Source: Vulcanimicrobiota bacterium
GTDB taxonomy: Bacteria; Vulcanimicrobiota; Xenobia; Xenobiales; JADMJV01
Assembly: GCA_050250895.1 (NCBI GenBank)
Contig: JBFWNU010000001.1
Span: 1-64,000, forward strand
Direction of reading: 5' to 3'
Length of the DNA stretch: 64,000 nt
In this document: positions 16,262 to 26,595 of the stretch, one piece after another
How the letters are laid out: every line of letters begins with the position of its first letter
Position numbering within the stretch: position 1 is the first letter of the stretch
Notes under the pieces: generated by a model
Database searches by the model: none
Seen by the model: the letters and a program-made list of their open reading frames with translations, nothing else
What the model was told of the DNA's origin: nothing
Position numbers and translations under genes: made by a program

Positions 16262-18465
16262 TCCTGGAGAGGCTCGAAGCACTCTGTCGACGCCGACCGA
16301 CTCACCCGGCTATCGTTAGCGCCGAGGCCAGGTTGACCTATGACGAGCTCATGGTCGAAAGTCGCCGCCAGACCAAAAAAATCAGCGAACCGGTGGTGCT
16401 TGCCAAAGGCCGTTCCAGTGAGACGATCTGCCGGTGGTTGTCCGCCTGGATGGTCGGCAAGCCCTTTGTCACTCTCGATCCCACCTGGCCCAGAGCCCGT
16501 CAGCAACAATTGTGCTCGCTGCTCGAGCCGCCGCCGACGGAGCAACTTGCTTATCTGGTCTTCACCTCCGGGTCGACTGGGGGCCCCAAATTGGTCAAGG
16601 TGCCTCACACAGGCCTCTTGCCCGTGCTCGAGCACCAGATTGAGGTGTTTCAGATTCAACCTGAAAGCCGCTGCCTCTGGCTTCTCTCACCGGCTTTTGA
16701 CGCCTCGCTGTCGGACGTGTTCACAGCCCTGCTGGCCGGGGCCACGCTCTACATCGACGAACTCGGGTCTTTGCGCGAGCGACTCGCACGCCACCACATC
16801 ACTCACCTCGACCTGCCACCGGCATTGCTCAGCGCCCACGACAGCCTGCCCCCCCACCTGAAGACGCTGGTCATCGGGGGTGAGGTGTGTCCGCCGAATA
16901 CAGTGCGGCGGTTTGCCGGCCACCACCGCCTGTTGAACGTCTATGGCCCCAGCGAGGCCACCATCTGCACCAGCATTTCGTTGGGCACGCCCGATTGGGA
17001 CCGGGCTCTGCTGGGCCAACCCATACCCGGCGTCGAGTATCGAATCGTCGATGACGAACTCTTCGTCGGGGGCGACCACCTGGCCACCGGCTATCACCTG
17101 GCCCCCGAGCTGACGAACCGCAAATTCGTCGAACTCGATGGTTCGCGCTATTTCCGGACCGGGGACCGGGTGCGTCAACTCGACGGAGACTATGAGTTCC
17201 TCGGGCGCACCGACAGGCAGGTCAAGATCCGTGGCTGTCTGGTGGCCCTCGAGGAAGTAGAAACCCACCTGCGCCAGGCCCCGGGGGTGGGCCGGGCCGC
17301 CGTCGGCCTGAACGGCGACCAATTGGTGGCCCAACTCGAGGGTTGCCCGCTGGCTGCCGAGCGCTATCTTCGTGACCGCCTGCCCGACTTCATGATCCCG
17401 ACTCGTTTTGAAAGCTACCGAGGCGACGGCTCCAAAAGCACCTTCGTGGTGGAGCCGAATTCGCTCGACATCCTCAAGCGCTGTGCCGAGGCCCAGCAAA
17501 ACGGCCAGCGCCTGTCCCCGAGCGACTTCTTCCCACGCCTTGCCCAAGACCGTCCCTGCCCGGCCCGGCGCAAGCTTCGCCTCGGTCCGGCGGGACGGAC
17601 CTTGCTGACGGGCGGTTCGGGCTTTCTCGGAAGCCAATTGAGGAAACATCTCGGCAGCTGCCAACTCTATGCGCCCTCCCGAGCCGAAATGGACCTCGAG
17701 ACTCCCTTTGTTCCACCCCGGGTCGACACGATCATCCACTGTGCTGGACGGACCGCCCTGACCCTCTCGCGCTGGCAGCACGATCAACTCAACCTGGAAG
17801 GCACACGGCGACTATTGGAACTCGAAGCCCGTTTTCATTACATCTCGACGCTGGCCGTGCTGGTGGCCGGCCCCCGCTCCGGCGTCATCGACGAGACCAG
17901 CTCACCTCTGAGCCGGCCCCACGGCGCCTACGCCCGGAGCAAGCTGGCCGCCGAGCGCCTGGTGATGGCCAGCGGCCCGACCTGGGTCTATCGGCCTGGG
18001 CTGTTGGTTGGTGGCGCCCCTCGGCGTGACGACCAATTTCTAGCCTTCCTACGTGGCCTGGTCCGCTGGCGCTGCCTGCCCGACGGAGACTTCGAGAGAC
18101 TTCGGCTCGATCTGACTCCGGTCGACTTTGCGGCCCGCTCGATTGCCAGCCTGGCCGCGGTCGCTCCCCCGGGCGTCTACCACCTGGCCAACCGCCGCCC
18201 CCTGAGTCTGGCCGAGATCGTGGCATCGGCCCAGCGGCGGGGCTATTCCATCGCCAGAGTCCCCGCAACCCTATGGCTCGAGACCGTACGCGGCGACGAC
18301 CTGTTCCGCCTGAGCGTGCCTCGCTTGCTCGGCAACCCCGACCGGAGCCTCGATCTCTTTCTGGCCAGCGAGGTCGAGTTCGATTGTAGCCTGACCGAAA
18401 GCCTGACAGGCCTGCGCTGCCCTCCGCCCGAAGACCTGCTGGAGGCTTGTTGGCGCGATGTCTAA
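16258..18465 (+). CDS. NRPS-like adenylation-(vestigial carrier)-thioester reductase protein
   Basis: YLVFTSGSTGGPK, FDAS, NVYGPSE, FRTGD, GRTDRQVKIRG; NSL carrier-like Ser at 17461; LTGGSGFLG and YARSK SDR motifs. Confidence 0.85.
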   Translation: MILERLEALCRRRPTHPAIVSAEARLTYDELMVESRRQTKKISEPVVLAKGRSSETICRWLSAWMVGKPFVTLDPTWPRARQQQLCSLLEPPPTEQLAYLVFTSGSTGGPKLVKVPHTGLLPVLEHQIEVFQIQPESRCLWLLSPAFDASLSDVFTALLAGATLYIDELGSLRERLARHHITHLDLPPALLSAHDSLPPHLKTLVIGGEVCPPNTVRRFAGHHRLLNVYGPSEATICTSISLGTPDWDRALLGQPIPGVEYRIVDDELFVGGDHLATGYHLAPELTNRKFVELDGSRYFRTGDRVRQLDGDYEFLGRTDRQVKIRGCLVALEEVETHLRQAPGVGRAAVGLNGDQLVAQLEGCPLAAERYLRDRLPDFMIPTRFESYRGDGSKSTFVVEPNSLDILKRCAEAQQNGQRLSPSDFFPRLAQDRPCPARRKLRLGPAGRTLLTGGSGFLGSQLRKHLGSCQLYAPSRAEMDLETPFVPPRVDTIIHCAGRTALTLSRWQHDQLNLEGTRRLLELEARFHYISTLAVLVAGPRSGVIDETSSPLSRPHGAYARSKLAAERLVMASGPTWVYRPGLLVGGAPRRDDQFLAFLRGLVRWRCLPDGDFERLRLDLTPVDFAARSIASLAAVAPPGVYHLANRRPLSLAEIVASAQRRGYSIARVPATLWLETVRGDDLFRLSVPRLLGNPDRSLDLFLASEVEFDCSLTESLTGLRCPPPEDLLEACWRDV

Positions 18466-19450
18466 AGGAGTCGTCCTGGGCAAATTCATGCCGGTCCACA
18501 ACGGCCACCGCTATCTCATCGACTTTGCCCGCCACTACTGTGACGAGCTCACCATCCTGATCGGAAGCCTGCCCGGCGAACCCATCCCTGGCGAACTCCG
18601 GGTGGCCTGGCTGCGAGAACTCTTTCCAAATCAGCGGGTCGTGCACATCACCGATGAGAATCCCCAACTGCCTCACGAACACCCCGACTTCTGGGCGATC
18701 TGGCGCCGCAGCCTCGAACGCGCTCTAGGAGGAGAGCAGCCCGACTTTCTGTTCGCCTCGGAAGAATACGGCCAGCGGTTGGCCGAAGAACTGGGCGCAA
18801 CCTTCGTGGCCACCAGCGGCTGGCGCGAAATCGTGCCCGTCAGTGCCACCCAGATTCGCGAAGATCCCGCAGCTTATTGGGACCACATCCCCAGTTGCGT
18901 GCGGCCCCATTTTGTCAAGAAGATCTGTCTCTTCGGGCCCGAGTCGACCGGGAAGACGACCCTGGCCCGCGCTCTGGCCGAGCACTATCAGACAGTAGCC
19001 GTACCGGAATATGCTCGCGGCTTTCTTGAGTGCAAAGGCGCCTTTGAAGCATCCGATCTCGAAGCGATCGGGCGTGGTCAACTAGCTTCTGAGCAGGCCC
19101 TGGCCAGACGAGCCCGCCACCTGCTCTTCTGCGATACCGACCTGCTCACCACCAGGATCTGGGGTCGCTGGCTGCTAAACACGACCAATCCCTGGCTCGA
19201 GAGCATGCTTGACGAGGCAGCCTATGACCTGACCCTGCTGACGGATGTGGATCTGGCCTGGCAGCCTGACGCCGTGCGGTATCTACCTCACCAGGGACCG
19301 GCTTTTCTCGACTGCTGTATCCAAGAACTCGAAAAGCACAACCGCCCCTACGTAATGATTCGTGGGGCGGGAGAAGAGCGCTTCGCGGCGGCCCTGGCGG
19401 CGGTAGAAGAGTGGCTTAGAGACGCCAGTAAACAGCGCCGGTCTGGCTGA
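18458..19450 (+). CDS. nadR: NadR-like NMN adenylyltransferase / ribosylnicotinamide kinase without HTH
   Basis: GKFMPVHNGH (HxGH), SATQIR, GPESTGKTT, EYAR, CDTD. Confidence 0.85.
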   Translation: MSKGVVLGKFMPVHNGHRYLIDFARHYCDELTILIGSLPGEPIPGELRVAWLRELFPNQRVVHITDENPQLPHEHPDFWAIWRRSLERALGGEQPDFLFASEEYGQRLAEELGATFVATSGWREIVPVSATQIREDPAAYWDHIPSCVRPHFVKKICLFGPESTGKTTLARALAEHYQTVAVPEYARGFLECKGAFEASDLEAIGRGQLASEQALARRARHLLFCDTDLLTTRIWGRWLLNTTNPWLESMLDEAAYDLTLLTDVDLAWQPDAVRYLPHQGPAFLDCCIQELEKHNRPYVMIRGAGEERFAAALAAVEEWLRDASKQRRSG

Positions 19451-20705
19451 CGACCTCTCGGTCGAGCACACCCGGAACGTCGACGACCACGTCCGAGCTG
19501 CCGTTCGTTCGCAGCAACCGGCAGAAGTCATCGGACGGACGCTTCAAGAAAGCTCGATGGGGCACAGCCAGGATCAGGCAGTCGAAGCGGTCCTCGCCAG
19601 CAAACGCATCGGACAGCAGGTCGAAACCGTGGCCATCACGTTCGACCAGAGGGTCAAAGACCGAAACCTGAACCCCATAGCTCTCGAGTTCTCGAATCAT
19701 GTCGAAGACTCTAGAGTTCCTGGTATCCCTCACGTTCGGCTTGAAGGCGAGACCCAGCACCAAGACGCGGCAGCCCGAGATGACCTTGCCAGCTTGAATC
19801 AACAACTTGATGGCTTGTTGAGCCACAAACTCGCCCATGCCATCGTTGACGCGGCGCCCGGCCAGCAGCACGTCGGTGTGAAAGCCAACCTGGCGAGCCT
19901 TATAAGCTAGATAGAACGGGTCGACGGGGATGCAGTGACCACCCACCAGGCCTGGCCGAAAGTGCAGAAAGTTCCACTTCGTACCGGCAGCCTCGAGCAC
20001 CTCGATGGGGTCGAGTCGCAGCTTGTGAAAAAGCATGGCCCACTCGTTGGTCATGGCGATGTTGAGGTCACGCTGGATATTCTCGATGACCTTGGCGGCC
20101 TCGGCAGTGGCCAGATTGGAGGCTTTGTGCATGCCGGCGTGGGCCACCAGGCCGTAGACATCGCACACCTTCTCGAGGGTGGCATCGTCATAGCCCGAGA
20201 CGATCTTGATCACCTTATCCAGCGAGTGCTCGGGGTCGCCCGGGTTGAGACGCTCTGGCGAGTAGCCGATGGAAAAATCCTCGGGACACTTCCAGCCCGA
20301 AGCCTGCTCCAACTCGGGTAGACAAACCTCTTGCGTGCATCCCGGATACACCGTCGATTCATACACGACGATGGCGCCTTTGGGCATATGCTTACCGACC
20401 ATCTGACTGGCCCTCACCAGGTAAGAGCAATCGGGTTGCTTGGCCTCATCAATGGGAGTTGGCACAGCCACCACGATGAAATCGCAGTCACCCAGATCGC
20501 GCGGGTCGCAACTAAAGGCTATAGAGTCTTGTCCAAGCTCTTCGGCCGAAATTTCGCCGTTGCGGTCCTCTCCGCTCCGGAGTTCTTCGATGCGTCGCTG
20601 CTGGGTATCGAAACCCAGCACCTGCAAATGTCGGGCAAACGCCACGGCCAGAGGCAGCCCCACATAACCAAGTCCAATCACCGCGAGCCGTTTTGGTTTA
20701 TACAT
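19416..20705 (-). CDS. Nucleotide-sugar dehydrogenase (UDP-GlcNAc/GalNAc C6 dehydrogenase, WbpO/TviB-like)
   Basis: GLGYVGLP, YESTVYPG, SPERLNPG, PGLVGGHCIPVDP, FKPNVRDTRNS. Confidence 0.9.
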   Translation of the reverse strand: MYKPKRLAVIGLGYVGLPLAVAFARHLQVLGFDTQQRRIEELRSGEDRNGEISAEELGQDSIAFSCDPRDLGDCDFIVVAVPTPIDEAKQPDCSYLVRASQMVGKHMPKGAIVVYESTVYPGCTQEVCLPELEQASGWKCPEDFSIGYSPERLNPGDPEHSLDKVIKIVSGYDDATLEKVCDVYGLVAHAGMHKASNLATAEAAKVIENIQRDLNIAMTNEWAMLFHKLRLDPIEVLEAAGTKWNFLHFRPGLVGGHCIPVDPFYLAYKARQVGFHTDVLLAGRRVNDGMGEFVAQQAIKLLIQAGKVISGCRVLVLGLAFKPNVRDTRNSRVFDMIRELESYGVQVSVFDPLVERDGHGFDLLSDAFAGEDRFDCLILAVPHRAFLKRPSDDFCRLLRTNGSSDVVVDVPGVLDREVVSQTGAVYWRL

Positions 20706-20813
20706 TGTTTTAGTTTCTCCAATTAACAAGAACAAGCCAGCCGTTCACGGCCGGAGACAAGGATCCTTCCACCCATTCCAGGAGAGAAAACCGAATATCC
20801 AGAAGGATATACG

Positions 20814-22232
20814 ATGAGTCCGCCCGATGGCGCGGTTCCCACAAAGTTGAAGAAACTTCTTCCCCTGGCGCTTTTGCTGCTAGGCACAGTTCTTCGAGCC
20901 TGGGAACTGGGCGGCCCGAGCCTCACCGTCGACGAAGCCACCACCGTCTACTTCTCGGCATTTCCACCCGGTCAGCTCGCTCAGGTGCTGCTTGCCACTC
21001 ATGAGGTCCACCCCCCGGGCTACCTGACGTTCCTTCACGGCCTGATGCAGGTGGGGCTCAGCGAGACCTGGCTGCGGCTGCCATCTCTTCTGTTTGGTAT
21101 CCTGACGCTGATAGCCGGCTACTGGTTGTTCGGGCTGCTAGAGGACGCGTACGAGATCAAAGTGGCGGCGCTCTGCCTTCTCGCCTTTTCAAGCTATCAC
21201 GTCGCGGCCTGTCGTGAGTTGCGCATGTATAGCCTGCTGACCTTGCTGGTGACGTTGGGTCTGGCCGGTCTGCTTTACTGGCTCAAAACCGAAGACCATC
21301 GCGGGCTGGTCGCCTACTGCGCGTGCTTCGCCGGCAGCTACTGGGTGCACTATCTATCCTTCTTTTGCCTGCCTGTGGCCCTCGTCTGGCTCTGGTTGGT
21401 TCGCCCCCAAGCCTGGAAGTGGTGGTTGGGAGCCACCGCCACCTCGTTCCTTCCTTTCCTGGCCTGGGTCCCGGTTCTTCTGGGCCAGGTCGGCGGTCAG
21501 GATCTCTTGCTGCGTCAGGCCCCTTCCCTCTCGCTGTTGCTGGAACTCTTTGGCCGGATGGCTCTGGGCGATGTGGGGCCGGCCGGAGTTGCGGGCTGGA
21601 TGGCGGCCGGCGTGCTGGTGCTGGGCGCTCTCGGATTGGCCGCGCGGGAGGCCCCACAGTCGGGCGCCCGCCTGTGTCTGAGCTGGCTGCTGGTGCCGAT
21701 TCTAGCGGTGTTCACCGTCTCGAGCCTGACCTCGATTCGGATCTTCGAGTTCAAGTACTTCGTTTTCACCACTCCTGCTCTTTGCTGGCTCATAGCGAGC
21801 CTGCAGCCACGACGCCTGGTGGTACCCGGCATGGTGCTGGTCAATCTGGTGACCTGCGGCATCGTGTTCGAGGCCGGCAGCCGCTATGGCGGCGACTGGA
21901 GGACGGTGGCCAACTATCTTCGTGCGGTGCCCAGGCCCGACGACGCCATCCTCGTGCATCCGTCGATGATGGCTACACCGCTGCTCTACTACGGTATCTC
22001 TCCCCATCGCCTGCAACCCACCGACCAGCTCGATGAGGGGCAGTTGAGTGCGCTGGCCCAGAAACCAGCGGTCTACCTGGTCACCACCCCCTTTCATCCA
22101 TTCGTGTTACAGGAAAAGCTCGACTCACGGTTCGCCCACTGGACGAGAACCGCGTCAGAACAGTCACCGGCTTATCTACCCTCGGGCATCATCCGCATCG
22201 AGAGGTTTGTGCCACCAGCAAGCGGTGATTAA
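20814..22232 (+). CDS. GT-C membrane glycosyltransferase (family 39 / ArnT-PMT-like)
   Basis: DE motif after TM1, HPPGY, LRLPSLLFG, ELRMYSL, many TM helices. Confidence 0.8.
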   Translation: MSPPDGAVPTKLKKLLPLALLLLGTVLRAWELGGPSLTVDEATTVYFSAFPPGQLAQVLLATHEVHPPGYLTFLHGLMQVGLSETWLRLPSLLFGILTLIAGYWLFGLLEDAYEIKVAALCLLAFSSYHVAACRELRMYSLLTLLVTLGLAGLLYWLKTEDHRGLVAYCACFAGSYWVHYLSFFCLPVALVWLWLVRPQAWKWWLGATATSFLPFLAWVPVLLGQVGGQDLLLRQAPSLSLLLELFGRMALGDVGPAGVAGWMAAGVLVLGALGLAAREAPQSGARLCLSWLLVPILAVFTVSSLTSIRIFEFKYFVFTTPALCWLIASLQPRRLVVPGMVLVNLVTCGIVFEAGSRYGGDWRTVANYLRAVPRPDDAILVHPSMMATPLLYYGISPHRLQPTDQLDEGQLSALAQKPAVYLVTTPFHPFVLQEKLDSRFAHWTRTASEQSPAYLPSGIIRIERFVPPASGD

Positions 22233-22235
22233 CGC

Positions 22236-23423
22236 CTAGAACAAGAAATTTCTGGCCAGCAAGATGAGCTGCAAAATATTGCTTCCGCCCAGAAGTCCAC
22301 CGTTGCTATCAGCTTTCGCCGGGATGTACACCAGATCCCCGTCGTTGATCGGCACGGGTTCGATGACCTTGTCCTTGTTCTCAAAGAACTCCTTGAGATT
22401 ATATTGCTCTTTGGTGTTGTTGCCAGCGGCTACATCCTTGGCCCTCACCACGGTGATCTTATCCAACTCGCCTTCTTTGTTGACCCCGGCAGCCGAGACG
22501 ATGTCGAGCAAGGTCTCGCCGCCTTTGAGGTCCACCGGCCCCTGCTTGCCCACCGCGCCTAGCAAGACGGCCTGCAGAGGAGGCACCACCAGCGTGTCGC
22601 CATCCTCCAGATTGCGGGCTACATCCGAAATCTGTCCCTGGTCATCCGGCAAAATATCGACGATCAACGGCCTGGGAAGGGTGGGGCGCACCAGCATCAC
22701 CCGTCGAAGGGCGGCGGTTTCTTTCGGCCCGCCGGCGGCTTTGATGGCCTCGGCCACGGGATTTGCCGAGTTACGCGAGACCGCGAACACCCCCGCCTTC
22801 TGCACTTCACCAGCCACACTGATCCGCTTGCCGGCGTAGACATATAAGATGTCGCCGTCGCGAATCTCAAGACTTTGTTGACCGGAGGAAGGTAGCAAAT
22901 CGACCGGAATCTGCGTCTCGCCTCGCATCAAGATGGCATCGCGAGGGTCGGCCTTCTCGCTCAGACCTCCCGCCATCGCGACGACATCGAAGATGGTAGA
23001 GCCCGGCACGATCGGGAAGCGACCCTGACTTTTGACCTCCCCCAAAACGGCAATCTCGCTCTTGGCGTATCCGAGCAAGCCCAGACGAAAACCAGGATTA
23101 CGCAACTCGGCTGCCAATCGCTTGGCGATGGCGGCCTGGACCTGGGGCAGAGTCTTGCCCGCTGCCTCGATCTCTCCGGCCACCGGGTGATAAAAATTAC
23201 CGTCTACCCGAACGACATACTTCTTCTCGATCTCGGGCAGAGCAAAAATCTGAATCTCGAGTTCGTCGCCGACCCGCAGTTGACGTCCGGGTGCGCCGCT
23301 GGTTCCGGCCTCAAGACTTCTAGGAGAAGCTGTCTCGGGAACCAACGGGCGGTCCATGGGGTCGGTCCAACCGACGCGCACCAGCGCTAGCAAAAGCAGA
23401 GAGATTGTCAGGCGGAAGCTCAT
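22236..23423 (-). CDS. Polysaccharide export protein (Wza-like; Poly_export plus SLBB repeats)
   Basis: LRVGDELEI...VRVDG...AAGKT, repeated VLGEV...G / DGDILYV SLBB units. Confidence 0.85.
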   Translation of the reverse strand: MSFRLTISLLLLALVRVGWTDPMDRPLVPETASPRSLEAGTSGAPGRQLRVGDELEIQIFALPEIEKKYVVRVDGNFYHPVAGEIEAAGKTLPQVQAAIAKRLAAELRNPGFRLGLLGYAKSEIAVLGEVKSQGRFPIVPGSTIFDVVAMAGGLSEKADPRDAILMRGETQIPVDLLPSSGQQSLEIRDGDILYVYAGKRISVAGEVQKAGVFAVSRNSANPVAEAIKAAGGPKETAALRRVMLVRPTLPRPLIVDILPDDQGQISDVARNLEDGDTLVVPPLQAVLLGAVGKQGPVDLKGGETLLDIVSAAGVNKEGELDKITVVRAKDVAAGNNTKEQYNLKEFFENKDKVIEPVPINDGDLVYIPAKADSNGGLLGGSNILQLILLARNFLF

Positions 23424-23479
23424 AGGAATACTCCGTATACGATTTGCTTGATATTTCTCTTACCACGGTTCCTCGTGGA

Positions 23480-25120
23480 TTATTCCTCACCAGCTCCTTC
23501 GAGAGCAGATGGGGACCGAGTGGCCATCTTCTTCTTGATATCCCAGTCTCTGACAAAGCGGCGGGGGAGAGCTGGCATCTCTATGATCACTTGAGTGTCC
23601 AGCATATTCTCCACCCGAGCGGAGAAGTCGAAGTACTTTCTCAGCGCTTCTATCACCACTACCGCGCCAACCGAGAGGAGCATGCACAAGGGCACTACCG
23701 AGAGGGCCTTCCATACCGGGGCTGCGACAGCCTGAGGAGTCTGTAGAAGCACCCCATCATGGGGCTCTTCGAGTACGAAGAGAGTACCCTTCTCAAGACT
23801 CTGTTGCTCTTCGATGCGCGCCACATACAACTTGCCCATCAAATTCAGATAGTTTGTGTGCCATATCTGAGCTTCGCGCAGCAATTGGCTGCGGTCACGA
23901 GTCACCTGCATGAGAGCATGCAGGCGGGCTCGAGCGGCTTCTAGTTCGTTCGATGAGCTACTAATATTGATTCTCAAAGCCTCGGCGTGAGTTTCTTTCT
24001 CACCCAGGAGAGACTCTGCGCTGGAGCGGGCGGTCGCCATTTCAAGCTCTTTGAGTCTGGCCAGGTGACGCTTGGCATCTTGAACGCGCCGACTCTCGGG
24101 AGTGAAGGTGTCCTCGAGCGCGGCCAACTCGACGACTCTCTGCGAGACTTCACGCGCCATCAGGTTGACAGCCTGACTGGACACGTTGCCCGGGAGTTCG
24201 CCGCCCTCGCGCATATAGTCTGCGATCGCGTCGGCCTCGGCCTCAACCAATCGCAGTTCACTCTGATAGCGAGCTACCTCGCTCTGCAGCCGATTGACCT
24301 CACCCAACAATTCGGGCTCTTCGGCCGGCAATCCACGCAACAACTTCTCGGCGCGCTCAGAGCGCTTACGGGCGTCCTCGACCAGACCCTCTATCGTCAC
24401 GCGACGTTGAGTGAATTCTTTGGAAACGCGCTTGCGGGCTTCGTCTAAGAATTGTGCAACGATGCCGATCAACTGGCTCTTCGCGTCCTCGGGCGTCTGG
24501 GCCATCGAGGTCAACACGATCATCTCCAACATTCGCTTCTGCTGAGTGACTCCGGCGCGATAGTCGTCAACCTCAAAGGTGTAGGGATCGGCCGCCTCCT
24601 GATTGACCAGCCACACCCAGAGCGAAGTCTCGCGTTTGATGGGCGCCCCCATGGGACCCTCCACTTGCTCGAACTTAGAATCGAGAAGAGCCGCACCCTG
24701 CTCTTTGGCTTGCTCCTGCATTAGACTAACCTGGTCGAGGCTGACCGAGCGCGGGTAGACAGCCATACGCCCGGCAAGACTGTCCGCGTCCAGTCCTTGT
24801 ATCTTGGTGGGAAGATGCTCCATGACCCCGCTAGCGAAACTCGGCTCGCGGAGAATTTCACGCACCTGGTCGAAATCCTGAAACCACAAGTCAGTGGTTT
24901 GGGAAGCGCCCGCGTCGGGCCCCGTTTGGTCGCCCATGACGATCAAATCCCCTCGCTCGGGCCTCACCATCAGCTTGGCCGTGGACACGTAGGTTGTGGG
25001 CCCCTGCTGCGGGCCCTTCTTCTTCGCCATCTTGTAGAGCGGAATGAAGCTCAGCACGAAAACCAGGACCAGCACGAGTTTCCAGCGGCGGAGAGCACCT
25101 ATGAGATCCTGAAGCGTCAT
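23480..25120 (-). CDS. Polysaccharide co-polymerase / chain-length determinant (Wzc/GumC-like, no kinase domain)
   Basis: N- and C-terminal TM helices around a long coiled coil; adjacent to wza-like gene. Confidence 0.75.
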   Translation of the reverse strand: MTLQDLIGALRRWKLVLVLVFVLSFIPLYKMAKKKGPQQGPTTYVSTAKLMVRPERGDLIVMGDQTGPDAGASQTTDLWFQDFDQVREILREPSFASGVMEHLPTKIQGLDADSLAGRMAVYPRSVSLDQVSLMQEQAKEQGAALLDSKFEQVEGPMGAPIKRETSLWVWLVNQEAADPYTFEVDDYRAGVTQQKRMLEMIVLTSMAQTPEDAKSQLIGIVAQFLDEARKRVSKEFTQRRVTIEGLVEDARKRSERAEKLLRGLPAEEPELLGEVNRLQSEVARYQSELRLVEAEADAIADYMREGGELPGNVSSQAVNLMAREVSQRVVELAALEDTFTPESRRVQDAKRHLARLKELEMATARSSAESLLGEKETHAEALRINISSSSNELEAARARLHALMQVTRDRSQLLREAQIWHTNYLNLMGKLYVARIEEQQSLEKGTLFVLEEPHDGVLLQTPQAVAAPVWKALSVVPLCMLLSVGAVVVIEALRKYFDFSARVENMLDTQVIIEMPALPRRFVRDWDIKKKMATRSPSALEGAGEE

Positions 25121-25176
25121 GACCTTCGCAGCCTCTTATCCCTGACGCCTTCTAAATCCTGGCAAACGGCGCCAGG

Positions 25177-26595
25177 TCAGAACTGAAAGTAGATGAACGG
25201 CACGTCGTCACCACCCGAAAAGAGCATGATCTCAAGCACTAGAAAAGCGATCAACACTCCTCGCCAGACCCAGGGCCAGCGATTGACCACCGTGTGGTCG
25301 TCGGCCGCGGCGATGGGGATGTCGAGCATCAGCAAGCAGAAGGTCAACAACACCAGGGAAACGGCCGGTTCGAGAATCAAGGTTGGCTCGCCCAGAGCCA
25401 ACCAGGGGCCACGCAGAGCCATCATCCCGGTCAGATAGGACCAGGCGTGGGCAAAATCAGCGGCCCGGAAGAAGATCCAGGTGAGAGCCACCAGGTTGAA
25501 GGTGACCACCATCTTCGCAAAGCTCACCAGCCAGTGGTCCTTGACCTCTTGCACCCAGCCCATCAGCCACTTATGCACGGCCAGATAGGTACCGTGCATC
25601 CCGCCCCAGACCACGAAGGTCCAGTTGGCTCCATGCCAGAGGCCGCCCAGCAGCATGGTCAGCATCAAGTTGACATAAGTGCGCCGCACTCCTTTGCGAT
25701 TGCCACCCAGGCTGATGTAGAGATAGTCGCGCAGCCATGAAGACAACGAAATGTGCCAGCGCCGCCAGAACTCGGTGATATTCTTGGAGAAATAGGGCTG
25801 GCGGAAATTGACCACCAGCTCGACTCCCAGCAATAGTGCGGTTCCCCGGGCGATTTCAGAATAGCCGGCGAAGTCAGCGTAAATCTGGAGCGAGAACAGG
25901 TAGAGCCCGATCAATAGGGCGATGGAAGAATGCTGCTCGGGAGCCGAAAAGCACTTGGTCGCAAAGCCTGCCGCGGTGTCGGCAATAACCACCTTGCGAA
26001 ACATTCCCATCAAGATTAGCCAGGCCCCGTCGCGCAGGTTTTGGCGAGTGACGGTGCGAGGGTTCTCGAGAGCGCCCAGCAAGCGACCGGCCCGCTCGAT
26101 CGGACCGGCCACGAGCTGGGGAAAGAAGGCCACGTAGAGGGCAAAGGAGAGCAGGTCCTGGGCAGGCTTCTCGCCCCGATACACGTCAATCGTGTACGAC
26201 AGGGTTTGAAACGTGTAGAACGAGATACCCATCGGCAGGATGATATGAAGGGTCGGCCAGTCGGCCGTCCAGCCCAACAGTTGAAAGAGCCCCTGGAACG
26301 AGTCGATGAAGAAATTGAAGTATTTGAAGAACCCCAGCACGCCCAGGTTCACGACCAGGCTGATCATAAGCCAGCGCTGGCGGTGCTCTGGCTCGGCCCT
26401 GGGTATCCTGGAGGCAACGAAGTAGTCGACCCCGGTCGATAGGGCCAGCAGGCTGCAGAAGCGCCAGTCCCACCACCCGTAGAAGATGTAGCTCGCCACC
26501 AGCAGCATTCCGTTTTGGGCGCGATGGGGCAGTAGATAGTAGAGCGGCAGAACGATGAGAAGAAAGGCCGCGTAGTCGAGGGAGTTGAAGATCAT
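25177..26595 (-). CDS. MBOAT O-acyltransferase (AlgI/DltB family)
   Basis: LPMGISFYTFQ, FFPQLVAGPIER, FWRRWHISLSSWLRDYLY, GLWHGA, PFIYFQF. Confidence 0.95.
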   Translation of the reverse strand: MIFNSLDYAAFLLIVLPLYYLLPHRAQNGMLLVASYIFYGWWDWRFCSLLALSTGVDYFVASRIPRAEPEHRQRWLMISLVVNLGVLGFFKYFNFFIDSFQGLFQLLGWTADWPTLHIILPMGISFYTFQTLSYTIDVYRGEKPAQDLLSFALYVAFFPQLVAGPIERAGRLLGALENPRTVTRQNLRDGAWLILMGMFRKVVIADTAAGFATKCFSAPEQHSSIALLIGLYLFSLQIYADFAGYSEIARGTALLLGVELVVNFRQPYFSKNITEFWRRWHISLSSWLRDYLYISLGGNRKGVRRTYVNLMLTMLLGGLWHGANWTFVVWGGMHGTYLAVHKWLMGWVQEVKDHWLVSFAKMVVTFNLVALTWIFFRAADFAHAWSYLTGMMALRGPWLALGEPTLILEPAVSLVLLTFCLLMLDIPIAAADDHTVVNRWPWVWRGVLIAFLVLEIMLFSGGDDVPFIYFQF

